Source of the DNA: an uncultured cyanobacterium
Lineage (GTDB): Bacteria; Cyanobacteriota; Cyanobacteriia; CAKZMO01
DNA: 64,000 nucleotides
Assembly (NCBI GenBank): GCA_963719515.1
Contig: CAVRCJ010000001.1
Location: forward strand, 1-64,000
Direction: 5' to 3'
Below, piece by piece: positions 19,125 through 28,721 of this stretch. The notes beneath the pieces were generated by a model. It did not search any database. It saw only the letters and a program-made list of their open reading frames with translations, and was not told where the DNA came from. Positions within the stretch are counted from its first letter, which is position 1. The number at the start of each line of letters is the position of its first letter. The translations under genes were made by a program, and so were the position numbers.

Positions 19125-20486
19125 ATGCCATTCAAGTTCTCAAAGCCGGTTTCCAATGCTATCGGTAAGCAATACCGGCACCTGAAGTCGGGGCGGCTGG
19201 CGCAAAATCGCTGGCTCAAGTGGCTTGCCCCTGGGCTACTCATTAAGCGATGGTTGTTCATCAGCGCCGTCGGCGTGTTCTTTACAGCGCTTGGGGTTGC
19301 CATCTGGACGAAGCGCACACCCATCTTCTACATTACTCGATTTATTGATCAGGCTCTGTCCACCATCACGGATCTAATTCCCAACTACGTCAGCGGTCCG
19401 ATGGTATTGCTGGTGGGCGTTCTGCTTATCTTCCTAGGCCAATCGCGTACCCTCAATTCAATCACTGAGGTGCTGCTGCCCCACGGCGATGAAGATTTGG
19501 TTGACCTCCTCTCGGCGCACCGTCGCCTCTACCGCGGCCCTAAAGTGGTGGTGGTGGGAGGGGGCACGGGCCTCTCGACCCTGCTGCGGGGGCTGAAGCA
19601 CTTTAGTGCAAACATCACTGCTGTCGTGACCGTGGCCGACGACGGCGGCTCGTCGGGGCGGCTGCGGCGGGAAATTGGCGTGCTGCCACCGGGGGATATC
19701 CGCAACTGCCTAGCGGCGTTAGCGGATGAAGAGAAGCTGCTTACCGAGCTGTTCCAATATCGGTTTCAGGCAGGCAATGGGCTAGAAGGCCACAGCTTTG
19801 GTAACCTGTTTTTAACGGCCATGAGCGAGGTGACCGGTGATCTAGAGCAGGCGATCGCCGCTAGCTCCCGCGTTTTGGCGGTGCGAGGCCAGGTGCTTCC
19901 TGCTACCCTCAGCGACGTGCAGCTGTGGGCAGAGATGGCAGACGGGCGACGAATCGAGGGGGAGTCGAATATCGCCAAGGCGCGAGGCAAAGTGGTGCAG
20001 GTGGGCTGCAGCCCGGCGGATCCTCCGGCGCTACCCAAGGCGCTACAGGCAATTCACGAAGCGGACTACATAGTAATTGGCCCCGGCAGCCTCTACACCA
20101 GCATCATCCCCAATTTGCTGGTACCCGATATCGTTGCCGCGATCGCCGCCTCCACTGCTCCTCGGGTTTACGTCTGCAATATCATGACTGAGCCAGGGGA
20201 AACCGACGATTGCACGGTGGCAGATCATATCCGCGCCATTGATGAGGCCTGCGGCGGCCCGCTGTTCGACGCGGTGCTGGTTCAAGGTCGATCCCCCTCA
20301 GCACAGGCCATAGCACGATACCGCAGTGCCGGAGCGGCCCCCGTCGTCCTCGATCGGGAAGCCGTGAGCCGGCTAGGGCGGCGAATCATTATCGCCAACG
20401 TGATGGCGGAGCGTCCCGATGGCCAGGTGCGGCACAACTCTGAGCAGCTGGCAGGGGTGCTCATGCGGTGGTACAGTCGCCATTAG
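19125..20486 (+). CDS. yvcK: YvcK/GlmR (UPF0052) family protein
   Basis: [36 protein letters not shown]. Confidence 0.9.
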   Translation: MPFKFSKPVSNAIGKQYRHLKSGRLAQNRWLKWLAPGLLIKRWLFISAVGVFFTALGVAIWTKRTPIFYITRFIDQALSTITDLIPNYVSGPMVLLVGVLLIFLGQSRTLNSITEVLLPHGDEDLVDLLSAHRRLYRGPKVVVVGGGTGLSTLLRGLKHFSANITAVVTVADDGGSSGRLRREIGVLPPGDIRNCLAALADEEKLLTELFQYRFQAGNGLEGHSFGNLFLTAMSEVTGDLEQAIAASSRVLAVRGQVLPATLSDVQLWAEMADGRRIEGESNIAKARGKVVQVGCSPADPPALPKALQAIHEADYIVIGPGSLYTSIIPNLLVPDIVAAIAASTAPRVYVCNIMTEPGETDDCTVADHIRAIDEACGGPLFDAVLVQGRSPSAQAIARYRSAGAAPVVLDREAVSRLGRRIIIANVMAERPDGQVRHNSEQLAGVLMRWYSRH

Positions 20487-20508
20487 GATAAACAAGGATG
20501 GATAAGGG

Positions 20509-21102
20509 ATGAGCCAAGAGCTACTGCGATCGCTCGTTTGGATGGATTACCGCTTGGCGGTGTTAGCCACCGTTGTGGTTCCCTTGGTGCTGCTGGTGTG
20601 GGCCTTTGTGCGCAAGCAGGACGCTATGATGCGGCTGCTAATTATCTATTGGCGAGTGCTAAGCCTGCTGGCCGTCACCGTCTATCTAATGATCGGTGGA
20701 TTTCCTTTCAGCTTGCTGACGGGGCTCGCCTCGCGGGTGCTGATTCCCATCTGTCTGTGGTTTTGGGTCGATCTCAACGAGGAAATTGCCGAGCAGCCCA
20801 CCTCTCCCCTGAAGCTAGCCCTGACGAGCTGGCGCTGGGGCGTGAGCGTCTACGGGGCGCTGGGGGCGATCGCCATGGTGCCGTTCTTGCCCTGCGCTTT
20901 TGACCAACAGACCCTCGCGACGCCGTTTTGCCAGGTGTGGTTTGAAGCGCCGCTGCTCTTCCGCGAATACTTTCACGCCAACACGACCCGAGGATTCCTG
21001 GGATTTTTGGGGTTGGTGGGTCTGATTGTCTATCTGCTATGTCTGGGCTACTTTGTGTTTATTCGCCTAGGGAAGCAGGGGCGATCGGCCCTAGAGCGCT
21101 AA
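20509..21102 (+). CDS. DUF3177 membrane protein
   Basis: LVWMDYRLAV..; LWFWVDLNEEI; RLGKQGRSA. Confidence 0.8.
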   Translation: MSQELLRSLVWMDYRLAVLATVVVPLVLLVWAFVRKQDAMMRLLIIYWRVLSLLAVTVYLMIGGFPFSLLTGLASRVLIPICLWFWVDLNEEIAEQPTSPLKLALTSWRWGVSVYGALGAIAMVPFLPCAFDQQTLATPFCQVWFEAPLLFREYFHANTTRGFLGFLGLVGLIVYLLCLGYFVFIRLGKQGRSALER

Positions 21103-21133
21103 AGCGATCCCTAAGCCAAAGGTAAAGTTCCCT

Positions 21134-21427
21134 ATGAATTTCATCACCCGCCTAGAGCAGTACACCCTCAAGCGTCCCCAGGAAGTGCTCCTCGTCAACG
21201 CCCGCGTCGAGGGTGAGGAGGACGCGATTGTCGTTTTTCGCGGCTTCTCCAGCTCCTTGATGCGTCCTACCGCCTTCGACCCCGATGTTCCCGTTCTGCC
21301 TCTAAACGCCGAGATCCTCACCGTCGACCGTTTAGAAGGCCCATACAACCCGACAGCCCCGAAGCTTATTGAAGGCGGCCTTGCCCAAGACCAGGTGGAG
21401 CATCTATTAGCGCAAGTTGGCATTTAG
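21134..21427 (+). CDS. Conserved hypothetical protein (cyanobacteria/plastid)
   Basis: FRGFSSSLMRPTAFDPDVPVLP..DRL.GPYNP. Confidence 0.75.
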   Translation: MNFITRLEQYTLKRPQEVLLVNARVEGEEDAIVVFRGFSSSLMRPTAFDPDVPVLPLNAEILTVDRLEGPYNPTAPKLIEGGLAQDQVEHLLAQVGI

Positions 21428-21578
21428 TTCGGATGGCTGACTCTTGAAGCTGTAAAAGGTAGCTATATTTACATAAACTTCGTGATTGGCTGGGTGCTGC
21501 CAAATTTAGTTCAGGGTCTTTAAGAATTATTTACAGGGGTGATATGCTCCACTGTGTGATGTGTGGAGTGAGATTCCA

Positions 21579-23042
21579 ATGATTTTGTCGCTAAAGCCGC
21601 TTAGTTTACAGCACAAACTGGTAGACACCGAAGCCAATCAGCTTTGGGCACCGCTTCAGCTTCCTAAGGCCCGGCTCTTCGGGACCGACGGGATTCGAGG
21701 TCGCTACGGGGACGTGCTGGCACCGGCGCTAGCGGCCCAGGTTGGGTTCTGGGCAGGGTGCACCCTGCAGGACGAAGCATCAGCTCGCGAGACAAATCCC
21801 GTGATCATTCTTGGGCGCGACTCCCGCAATTCTGGAGACGCCCTATCCACAGCGCTCGCCGCCGGTCTGACCGCAGCGGGGCTTGAGGTCTGGGACTTAG
21901 GGCTTTGCCCTACCCCGGCGGTGGCCTGCCTGACGCAGACTATGAAAGCGCTGGGGGGCGTCATGATTTCGGCGAGCCACAACCCTCCCCAAGACAACGG
22001 GATTAAATTTTTTGGACCGGGAGGCACTAAACTGCCTCCCCATCAGCAGGCTCAGATCGAGACCGCTTTGCGGGCATCAGCCTCAGCAGACGGCGCTCAC
22101 GCTGTGACGCCCCTACCCCAGTGGAGTCACTATAGCCAAAGTCCTCACTTGGTCGATCACTATCTAGCGGCCCTTTGCCGGCCCCTACAGACGCTTAGAG
22201 GACTGAACGTTGTCTTAGATCTGGCCTGGGGTGCGGCGGTCAACACGGCACCAGCTGTCTTTCGTGAGCTAGGGGCGCAGGTCCAATGCCTTCACGCGCA
22301 GGCCGACGGCGATCGCATCAACGTTGACTGCGGCTCTACCCATCCTGCAGCTCTAATGGCCGCCGTGAAGGACACTAAAGCTGATATAGGCTTTGCCTTC
22401 GACGGCGACGCTGACCGGGTGATCGCTGTAGATAACCAAGGGCGCTTAGTGGATGGCGACTACATTCTTTATCTGTGGGGGAATGCCCTACGAAACTCTA
22501 GGCAGCTAGCCGACAACACCATCGTGACCACGGTGATGGCTAACCTTGGGTTTGAGCGGGCCTGGCAGGCTCAGGGCGGTACCTTTGTACGCACAAAGGT
22601 GGGCGACCAGCATGTGCAGGCCGAAATGACGCGGCGGGGAGTTTATTTGGGCGGGGAACAGTCGGGCCATATCCTCTGCCCCCACTTCGGCGTTTCTGGC
22701 GACGGTACGCTGACAGCGCTGCATGTGGCGGCGCTGGTGCAGCAGTCGGGTCAGCCCTTGGCGACGCTGGTAGACGAGAGCTTTCGCACTTACCCCCAGG
22801 TGCTGCAGAACGTGCGCGTGGAGAGCAGCGATCGCCGCCGGACTTGGGGCGAAGATGCGAAATTAAAGCAGGCGATCGCTGAGGCTGAGGCGGCGATGGG
22901 AGATGACGGACGGGTGCTGATTCGCGCTTCGGGCACGGAGCCGGTGATTCGCGTCATGGTGGAGGCGTCCAGCGCTGAGCTGGTGCAGCGCTGGACGGAG
23001 CGGCTAGTGGCTGCGGTGGAGCAGTATGCCAGTGAATCGTAG
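21579..23042 (+). CDS. glmM: Phosphoglucosamine mutase
   Basis: [40 protein letters not shown]. Confidence 0.95.
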   Translation: MILSLKPLSLQHKLVDTEANQLWAPLQLPKARLFGTDGIRGRYGDVLAPALAAQVGFWAGCTLQDEASARETNPVIILGRDSRNSGDALSTALAAGLTAAGLEVWDLGLCPTPAVACLTQTMKALGGVMISASHNPPQDNGIKFFGPGGTKLPPHQQAQIETALRASASADGAHAVTPLPQWSHYSQSPHLVDHYLAALCRPLQTLRGLNVVLDLAWGAAVNTAPAVFRELGAQVQCLHAQADGDRINVDCGSTHPAALMAAVKDTKADIGFAFDGDADRVIAVDNQGRLVDGDYILYLWGNALRNSRQLADNTIVTTVMANLGFERAWQAQGGTFVRTKVGDQHVQAEMTRRGVYLGGEQSGHILCPHFGVSGDGTLTALHVAALVQQSGQPLATLVDESFRTYPQVLQNVRVESSDRRRTWGEDAKLKQAIAEAEAAMGDDGRVLIRASGTEPVIRVMVEASSAELVQRWTERLVAAVEQYASES

Positions 23043-23382
23043 GGTGCGTCGAGGCGGGTCTCGCTTAAGCGATCACGGATATCGTCGGGGCAGGCTTTAT
23101 CGACTAGGTACGGCAGTGACTGAAATTGCTCAGGCGAAACTTGCTCCTGCGGCATTGGAGACTGTGTCGCAGCTTCGGAGGGATGGAATAACGGGCTGTG
23201 TTGGATTTTCATTCTTGGGTTCTTTCTGTTTTGGGTAAGACACTCAAGACTCTAGTCATCCCTAGGCATTGATATGTTTCGGAATGGTCCCGACGCATGA
23301 GACCAGTAGCCTCTGGGACAAGTCACTCTATCGTTGGGGTTTAGGCGGCGCTCACAGAGTGCATAATGACCGTCGCCGCTGA

Positions 23383-23514
23383 CCGTCAGTGGTAGGCTGC
23401 CCTGGCCAGCGTCAGGTGCTGCCGCTGCCGCCTGAGTTTGTGATGCTGCAAGATGGCCACGATAAGTAAGACTGCGAGAATGCGGTAGCCAAGCAATGGT
23501 TGCTGAATCATGGC
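23383..23514 (+). pseudogene. Transposase fragment (ISNCY-like)
   Basis: VLPLPPEFVMLQDGHDK*DCENAVAKQWL resembles the PEF..QDG..KQDCE.AA.KRW motif; internal TAA at 23467. Confidence 0.55.
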
Positions 23515-23688
23515 GTACATCACACGGCGGTGATCGTCTGGGTGAAGCAAGTTAGCGAACGACTCCCCGATGCTTACGACCCTGAAACAACCCTAGAGGC
23601 CGGCGAACTCGACGAATTGAAGACCCTTGTAGGCTCAAAAAAAAAATTTGGCTGTGGACAGCCGTTGACCACTTCAAAGAGATTTTAG

Positions 23689-24080
23689 CTACTAGACAGG
23701 AAGCCCCGCGCTCTACCCGTCAGGGTGAGCGTCGGGATGAGAGTCGCGCTAGCCGAAGTGCGCCCGCAAAATGATGCACAGCGGATAGTGCGCTCAGCGC
23801 TGAGGCTAGCAGTTGGTATGATAGAGATAGCAAGGTGATACACCCCGCAAAGAGTGTGACGGGCCCGTAGGCGAAAGCTGCAAGTCACCCGTTCCTCAGT
23901 TTGCAAATGTATCTGCGACACATAGTGCGTATCCTCCCTCGCGGAGATGAAAATTCAAAACTCTGCCGTGGGGCATCAGGCGGAGTATAAACCTATCTCA
24001 GGATATGTCTCGGCAATAGCTGGGAGTCACTGAGGAAGCCCGCGCTGTACAGCTTGCTGTCAGCGTCGGGAGGATGTCAC
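23689..24080 (+). mobile_element. ORF-less IS200/IS605 mini-element (392 bp) inserted after TTTAG without target duplication
   Basis: First ~60 bp nearly identical to left end of tnpB copy 2; last ~110 bp homologous to its right end; removal restores the IS1 frame (ATT TTA G|GC TGG GTA). Confidence 0.92.
23814..23822 (+). promoter_or_regulatory. Extended -10 element inside the mini-element
   Basis: TGGTATGAT. Confidence 0.55.
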
Positions 24081-24096
24081 GCTGGGTACTGGGTGA
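23829..24096 (+). ncRNA. Candidate stand-alone omegaRNA; guide GCTGGGTACTGGGTGA
   Basis: Promoter upstream; 3' scaffold homologous to the tnpB-copy scaffold with compensatory changes; no credible ORF. Confidence 0.6.
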
Positions 24097-24390
24097 CCGT
24101 AGTGCCGAGACCTTTGCCTGCTCTGGCATATTGTGGCTTCCTGGAACTACTACTTCTACGTCATGGATGGCTGGTCGGTGTATCCCGGCTTCATCCCGAA
24201 GAGCGCTCAGATTGTCTGCAAGACATCCATGACCCGAGTGGAAGGCGAGAACACTCGACTGCGGCACGAGTTGGCGCGACTGCATCGCAAAACGCTCTGC
24301 TATTCAAAGTCCGTGGATATGCTGGCGCACTCCGTTTGTTTGTTCATCCACATCTCAAGTTTGGCGAGGTCCCTCTACCCGTAATATTGA

Positions 24391-25588
24391 TAAGTACGGC
24401 ATCAGAATTAAACGTAGCGGTGGGTGTATGCTGAAGAGCCGCCTACTGTAGGTCGTTGTAGCGATGTCAACGCCAATCTTACGAGTCGAGCTGAGTGTAG
24501 AAGAAGATGTTACGCTGCAAGCGCTGCGAGTGGCAGCAGGTGTGCCTCAGCGGACAAAAGACCGGGCTGAGGTACTGCGCCTGAGCCACCGAGGATGGAC
24601 GCCAGCCCAGATAGGGGAGTATCTAGGCTGGCGAGTGGCCACTGCCCGCAAGGCCATTCATCGGTGGCAGTAGGACGGACTGTATGGGCTGTGGGATAGT
24701 CCTCGCTCAGGGCGTCGGCCAGCGTACTCGGTAGTAGTGATGGCAGCACTGGAGGAGTACATGGCGGCTGAAGAGCTCACCGTCAATAGTCCTCGGTTAG
24801 CCCTGCATCTTGCTGAGGTGCATGGCGTTTACCTAAGCGGAGGTCACCTGAGGCGATTACTCAAAAAAAAGATATCGATGGAAACGCACTCGTCACAGCC
24901 ATCGCCGCCGTCAGGAACCAGTGCTACGGGTTCAGAAACAGGCTGAGTTGGCCCTGCTGCAACGGGCTGCTGTTGATGGGCACATTCGGCTGAAGTACCT
25001 TGATGAGTCGAGCTTCGATAGCTGGAGTCCAGTCAGCTACAGCTGGTCATTGATGGGGACTCAGAAACGCCAGGAGCAGACACAAAAGCGTACTCGGTGG
25101 TTGAGTATCCTAGGCTTGTGGGAACCAGGAGGCGAGATGAGCTATGGCCTAGCCCTTGGCAGCATCACTAGCGCCACTTACATCAGCTTCATGGACTGGC
25201 AGGTAAGCCTTGCCAACCGGCTGTTGCAGCGTACTGGCATTGCTACCGTTGTTGTCCAAGACAATGCCTCCATCCATACCAGCAAGGCAGTCCGACAGCG
25301 TCTATCAATATGGCATGCTCAAGGCCTAGATTTCTTCCATCTGCCGCCCTATTGCTCTGAGATGAATCTGATTGAGACCGAGTGGCATCAGCTCAAAGCC
25401 CATGAGATTAGAGGTGCGATGAGTAAAGATTCCTATGACCTAGCTATGGGCGTGATTGCTGCACTCAAAATCCGAGCTGCGAAAGCTGGCTATGCTCTTA
25501 AGCGCTTTAGTTTCGCTTCCCGTCGTCTAGCTAATCCAAAATTCCTTACAACCTAGCAGGACTACGTTCATTTATGACCACCTACTTA
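24391..25588 (+). mobile_element. IS630-family element (coordinates include flanking TA duplication)
   Basis: Imperfect TIRs TAAGTACGGCATCAGAATTAAACGTAG / revcomp TAAGTAGGTGGTCATAAATGAACGTAG; inserted in the IS1 3' end. Confidence 0.85.
24464..25556 (+). pseudogene. IS630 transposase (HTH orfA, -1 frameshift, DDE orfB) with premature TAG at 24671-24673
   Basis: A8 slip tract 24863-24870 leading to YRWKRTRHSH; YLDES, VQDNASIH, LPPYCSEMNLIE.EW. Confidence 0.85.
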
Positions 25589-25606
25589 CCTTGATTCAGC
25601 AACGTC

Positions 25607-25697
25607 GCGATTCCCAATCGCGTGAGGTACGGATTTGGGTGTTGGTGGCGCAGTGCGCCACCAACACCCGTACTCTAGCAGCATAGAGAATGCTGTA
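25607..25697. repeat. Short palindromic MITE-like element, left end apparently clipped at the IS1 end
   Basis: Perfect 16-bp inverted repeat GGGTGTTGGTGGCGCA-G-TGCGCCACCAACACCC at 25637-25669 between two GTAC sites; ends GAATGCTGTA. Confidence 0.5.
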
Positions 25698-27405
25698 CTG
25701 GGTTGAGTGATTACTGAGAATCAGCTCACTAAGCAAGGATGTAGTCGTAAAAAAGAGATAGCTATGGCACAGAGCCCAACGCCTACTAGCTACACCGAGA
25801 TTCATTTTCAAGAGCTAATCCGCAAGGTGGAACGTGGGCTCAACCATATTATTCGGTCTAATCGCACAAATCTTCAGTGGCAAATTCATGAAATCTTTAC
25901 TATAAATTGAAGAAATCTCTTTCAAAAGGTCCGGCTTTAGGCTTTATCATTCAAGTATAGGATTTATCAGGTATGAGCTAGTTTATACAGCTCTAGAGCA
26001 TCTAAATGAAGTGCAGACATTCGCCCAACGTAATGAAAATCTGATATCCAAAATGTAGATTTTTATTAAGGGCTACATCTCTTAAAAGCTTGCAGGAATG
26101 ATATTTTAACAAGCTTCAGATGGCGAGCTTATCGCATTAATACTAGTGCAATAAATATCAGTACTTAAGTATTTGATTAAGCATTCTTTTTAGTTCAATT
26201 TGCTTGGACTATTCTGCTGGCTTGGGCAATCATAATGCTGATAAATTTAGCATGCGAATTTCTAATAGCTTTAGCTCTTCATTCTTCAATTTCAGTTAGC
26301 TTAACAAGTTCCAGTTTTTCTCCTTAGTCTACCAAACCACGTAAAAATCATTATGCCTATCTCATTTAATCAAGTCGGGGCCTTCTTGGGGCCCAATGGT
26401 GGTTCTAGCGTTCTCAATAATCCAACTTCTCTTCAGTTTGGTCCTGATGGTCGGCTCTACGTTTCAGAACAAAATGGGACAATAAACGTATTTACAATCG
26501 CTGTTCAAAACGGCTCTTACGTTGCGTCAGCAGTCGAAGAGATAAATCTTGTCAAAGACATTCAAAATCATAATGACGATGGCTCACTTGATAGCAGTAA
26601 CAATCGACAGCTAACAGGTATTTTAGCTGTTGGAACAAGCGAAAATCCAGTTGTATATGCTTCGTCTAGTGATTCGCGAATTGCCAAAAATGGTGAGAAG
26701 AACCTTGACACTAATTCAGGAGTTGTGACTCGGCTAACTTGGAATGGAAGTTCTTGGGATGCGGTAGATATTATTCGTGGACTACCCCGATCAGAAGAAA
26801 ATCATGCAAACAATGGTATGGTGCTCAGTCCTGATGGAACGAAGCTTTACCTTACCGTTGGGGGCAATACGAATAACGGTGCACCATCTAAGTTTTTTTC
26901 TTATACCGGTGAGTATGCGCTCTCAGGAACGGTACTTGAGATTGATTTAGCAGATATCAACAACCGACCTACCTTGGTTGACAATGCTCCTGGGCAGAAT
27001 GGTCGGCAGTACATTTATGACTTGCCAACTTTAGATGACCCAAACATCGAGAACGTTACGGACGGCGTTGGAGAAGACCAATTTGGTATGGATGAAGCTG
27101 GCCCATGGGGCGGAAACGATGGTCTTAACATGGCAATTTTGCCTGCAGATGCACCATTACGGATCTACGCCGATGGTTTTCGAAATTCATACGATCTAGT
27201 ATTGGCAGAATCCGGTAAGCTATACACCGTAGATAATGGATCAAACAGCAATCTTGGAGGAAACCCTGTACCAAGCGCTGATGGTGAAGCAACCAATCAG
27301 CCAAATGACGGAGGAACTGGTGCTTCGGAACCATTATTTCTTATCGAAGAGGGCGGGTATTATGGCCATCCAGCACCAGCCCGCTCAAATCAAGACCTAG
27401 CATGG

Positions 27406-28721
27406 CTTAGTGGTGCAGAAATCTCAAAGGATGCTTAAGCGGACTCATCATGAGAAGACGACCACCCTTGAGAACTCAATTTGGCAGTCTAAAGCGGCTC
27501 GCTTGCGCCTCGAGGCACAGGCTTTAGGTGGACTTTGGGGCGGTAGGGCAATCAGCGTTGGCAGTAGCACTCGCCTGTAGCAGCACCGTCCTATATTTCT
27601 CAGACCAAGCTGCAGAAAACTCAGTCCCCTATCGCCATGCCAGTCGAGCTTTGAGCGTTGACCGCTCTGAACAAGGATCATGCCAACAATCAGCGCAATC
27701 AGATAGGCCGTGTCCAACAGCATGAATAGACACGTCAGGGCTTGAGCATCCCTTAGACCGGAAGCGACAACATTGAAGGCCGCCGACTTGTAATCTTTGA
27801 AGTGCGGCTCTATGCCGCCAAAGCGCTTGCCGTAGAGCGCAAAGGTTTGCAGGGAGGGGGGCGTGCTTGATAGAACCGCCCAGGGCTCGCTGGCGTTGGG
27901 AAGGTGGCCTGTGACTAGGTGTGCCTCAATGTCCTCTAAGACAGTGACATTGTGCAATAGATAAGCTTGCTGCTCTGGGGGGAATAGATATTGCACCGAA
28001 CGAGTCGCTCCGGTAGCAAGGCGGACGTGCATGTCACACTTGACCCGAATCGCCCACTGCCACTGGCACTCCTCGAGCCAGACCAGCAGTTCTCTGTGGG
28101 CAAAGCCTCGGTCAGCCAACAGCGTCACCCCGCAACCGGAGGGCACCAGCGCTTTGGCTGCCTCAAGAACGGGTTTGTAGTCCTTGAAGGCGACACTAGC
28201 ACTCTTGTGCTCTAGCACCACCTGAGCCAAGGCAAACGAGCGCCCACCCCACACCAGACAGACTTCCACCAAACAGAACTGCTCCCACAGCATGCTGGTG
28301 TCTAAAGTCAGGGTAATCTCGCTGCCGTCAAATGCTTGCAGAGCATGGCGTAGGAGCGGTACGTAGAAGCGCTCAGCGCTGATGTGCTGGTTGTGAACCA
28401 AGTAGCTTAGGCGCTCCATGTGGGATCTAGCCTCGCAGTTTCGATGGCTCAGGTAGGTGACCCATTTCCCCAGACAGGCGCTTTGAGATTGCAGGATAGC
28501 AGCGACTGCTTCTGCAACGCCTTGCAGGTGACGCTCGTCTTTTGGGTTGACCCATTGACGTAGTTGGTCCATCAGCTGACGATAAAGCAGGGGTGTTTCC
28601 ATTGATTTAGCTTTGAGTTGGGGAACTTAAGCTTCTCATGGAACACCCCTACCGTTAACCCCTGTCCTAGGCTGAGACTTTATGTATACCAATACTTTCA
28701 GGACTTCCCTGCACCACTAAG
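27406..28721 (-). mobile_element. IS4-family insertion sequence, 1316 bp
   Basis: 13-bp perfect TIR CTTAGTGGTGCAG; 10-bp target duplication CCTAGCATGG at 27396-27405 and 28722-28731. Confidence 0.95.
27448..28602 (-). CDS. IS4-family DDE transposase
   Basis: LTLDTS, LLADRGF, YGKRFGGIEPHFKDYK (YREK-like); uninterrupted ORF. Confidence 0.88.
   Translation of the reverse strand: METPLLYRQLMDQLRQWVNPKDERHLQGVAEAVAAILQSQSACLGKWVTYLSHRNCEARSHMERLSYLVHNQHISAERFYVPLLRHALQAFDGSEITLTLDTSMLWEQFCLVEVCLVWGGRSFALAQVVLEHKSASVAFKDYKPVLEAAKALVPSGCGVTLLADRGFAHRELLVWLEECQWQWAIRVKCDMHVRLATGATRSVQYLFPPEQQAYLLHNVTVLEDIEAHLVTGHLPNASEPWAVLSSTPPSLQTFALYGKRFGGIEPHFKDYKSAAFNVVASGLRDAQALTCLFMLLDTAYLIALIVGMILVQSGQRSKLDWHGDRGLSFLQLGLRNIGRCCYRRVLLPTLIALPPQSPPKACASRRKRAALDCQIEFSRVVVFS

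Larger units (their letters stand above)
23499..25606 (+). mobile_element. Degenerate IS1-family element carrying two nested insertions
   Basis: GVHHT.VI.WVKQ..GELDEL.T.VGSKK, A10 slip tract 23637-23646, IWLWTAVDHF..ILG|WVLGDRSAETF, MTRVEGENTRLRH.LARLHRKTLCYSKS; frameshifts; right end CCTTGATTCAGCAACGTC at 25589-25606 matches GTTGCTGAATCA at 23499-23510 in inverted orientation. Confidence 0.8.

Noticed and set aside
22790..23238. ORFs overlapping the glmM 3' end on both strands
   Set aside because: Overlap a conserved gene and show no recognisable motif; a truncated gene start at 23212 cannot be excluded
23685..23921. 78-aa minus-strand ORF in the mini-element as a tnpA
   Set aside because: No HUH or catalytic Tyr motif; no recognisable similarity
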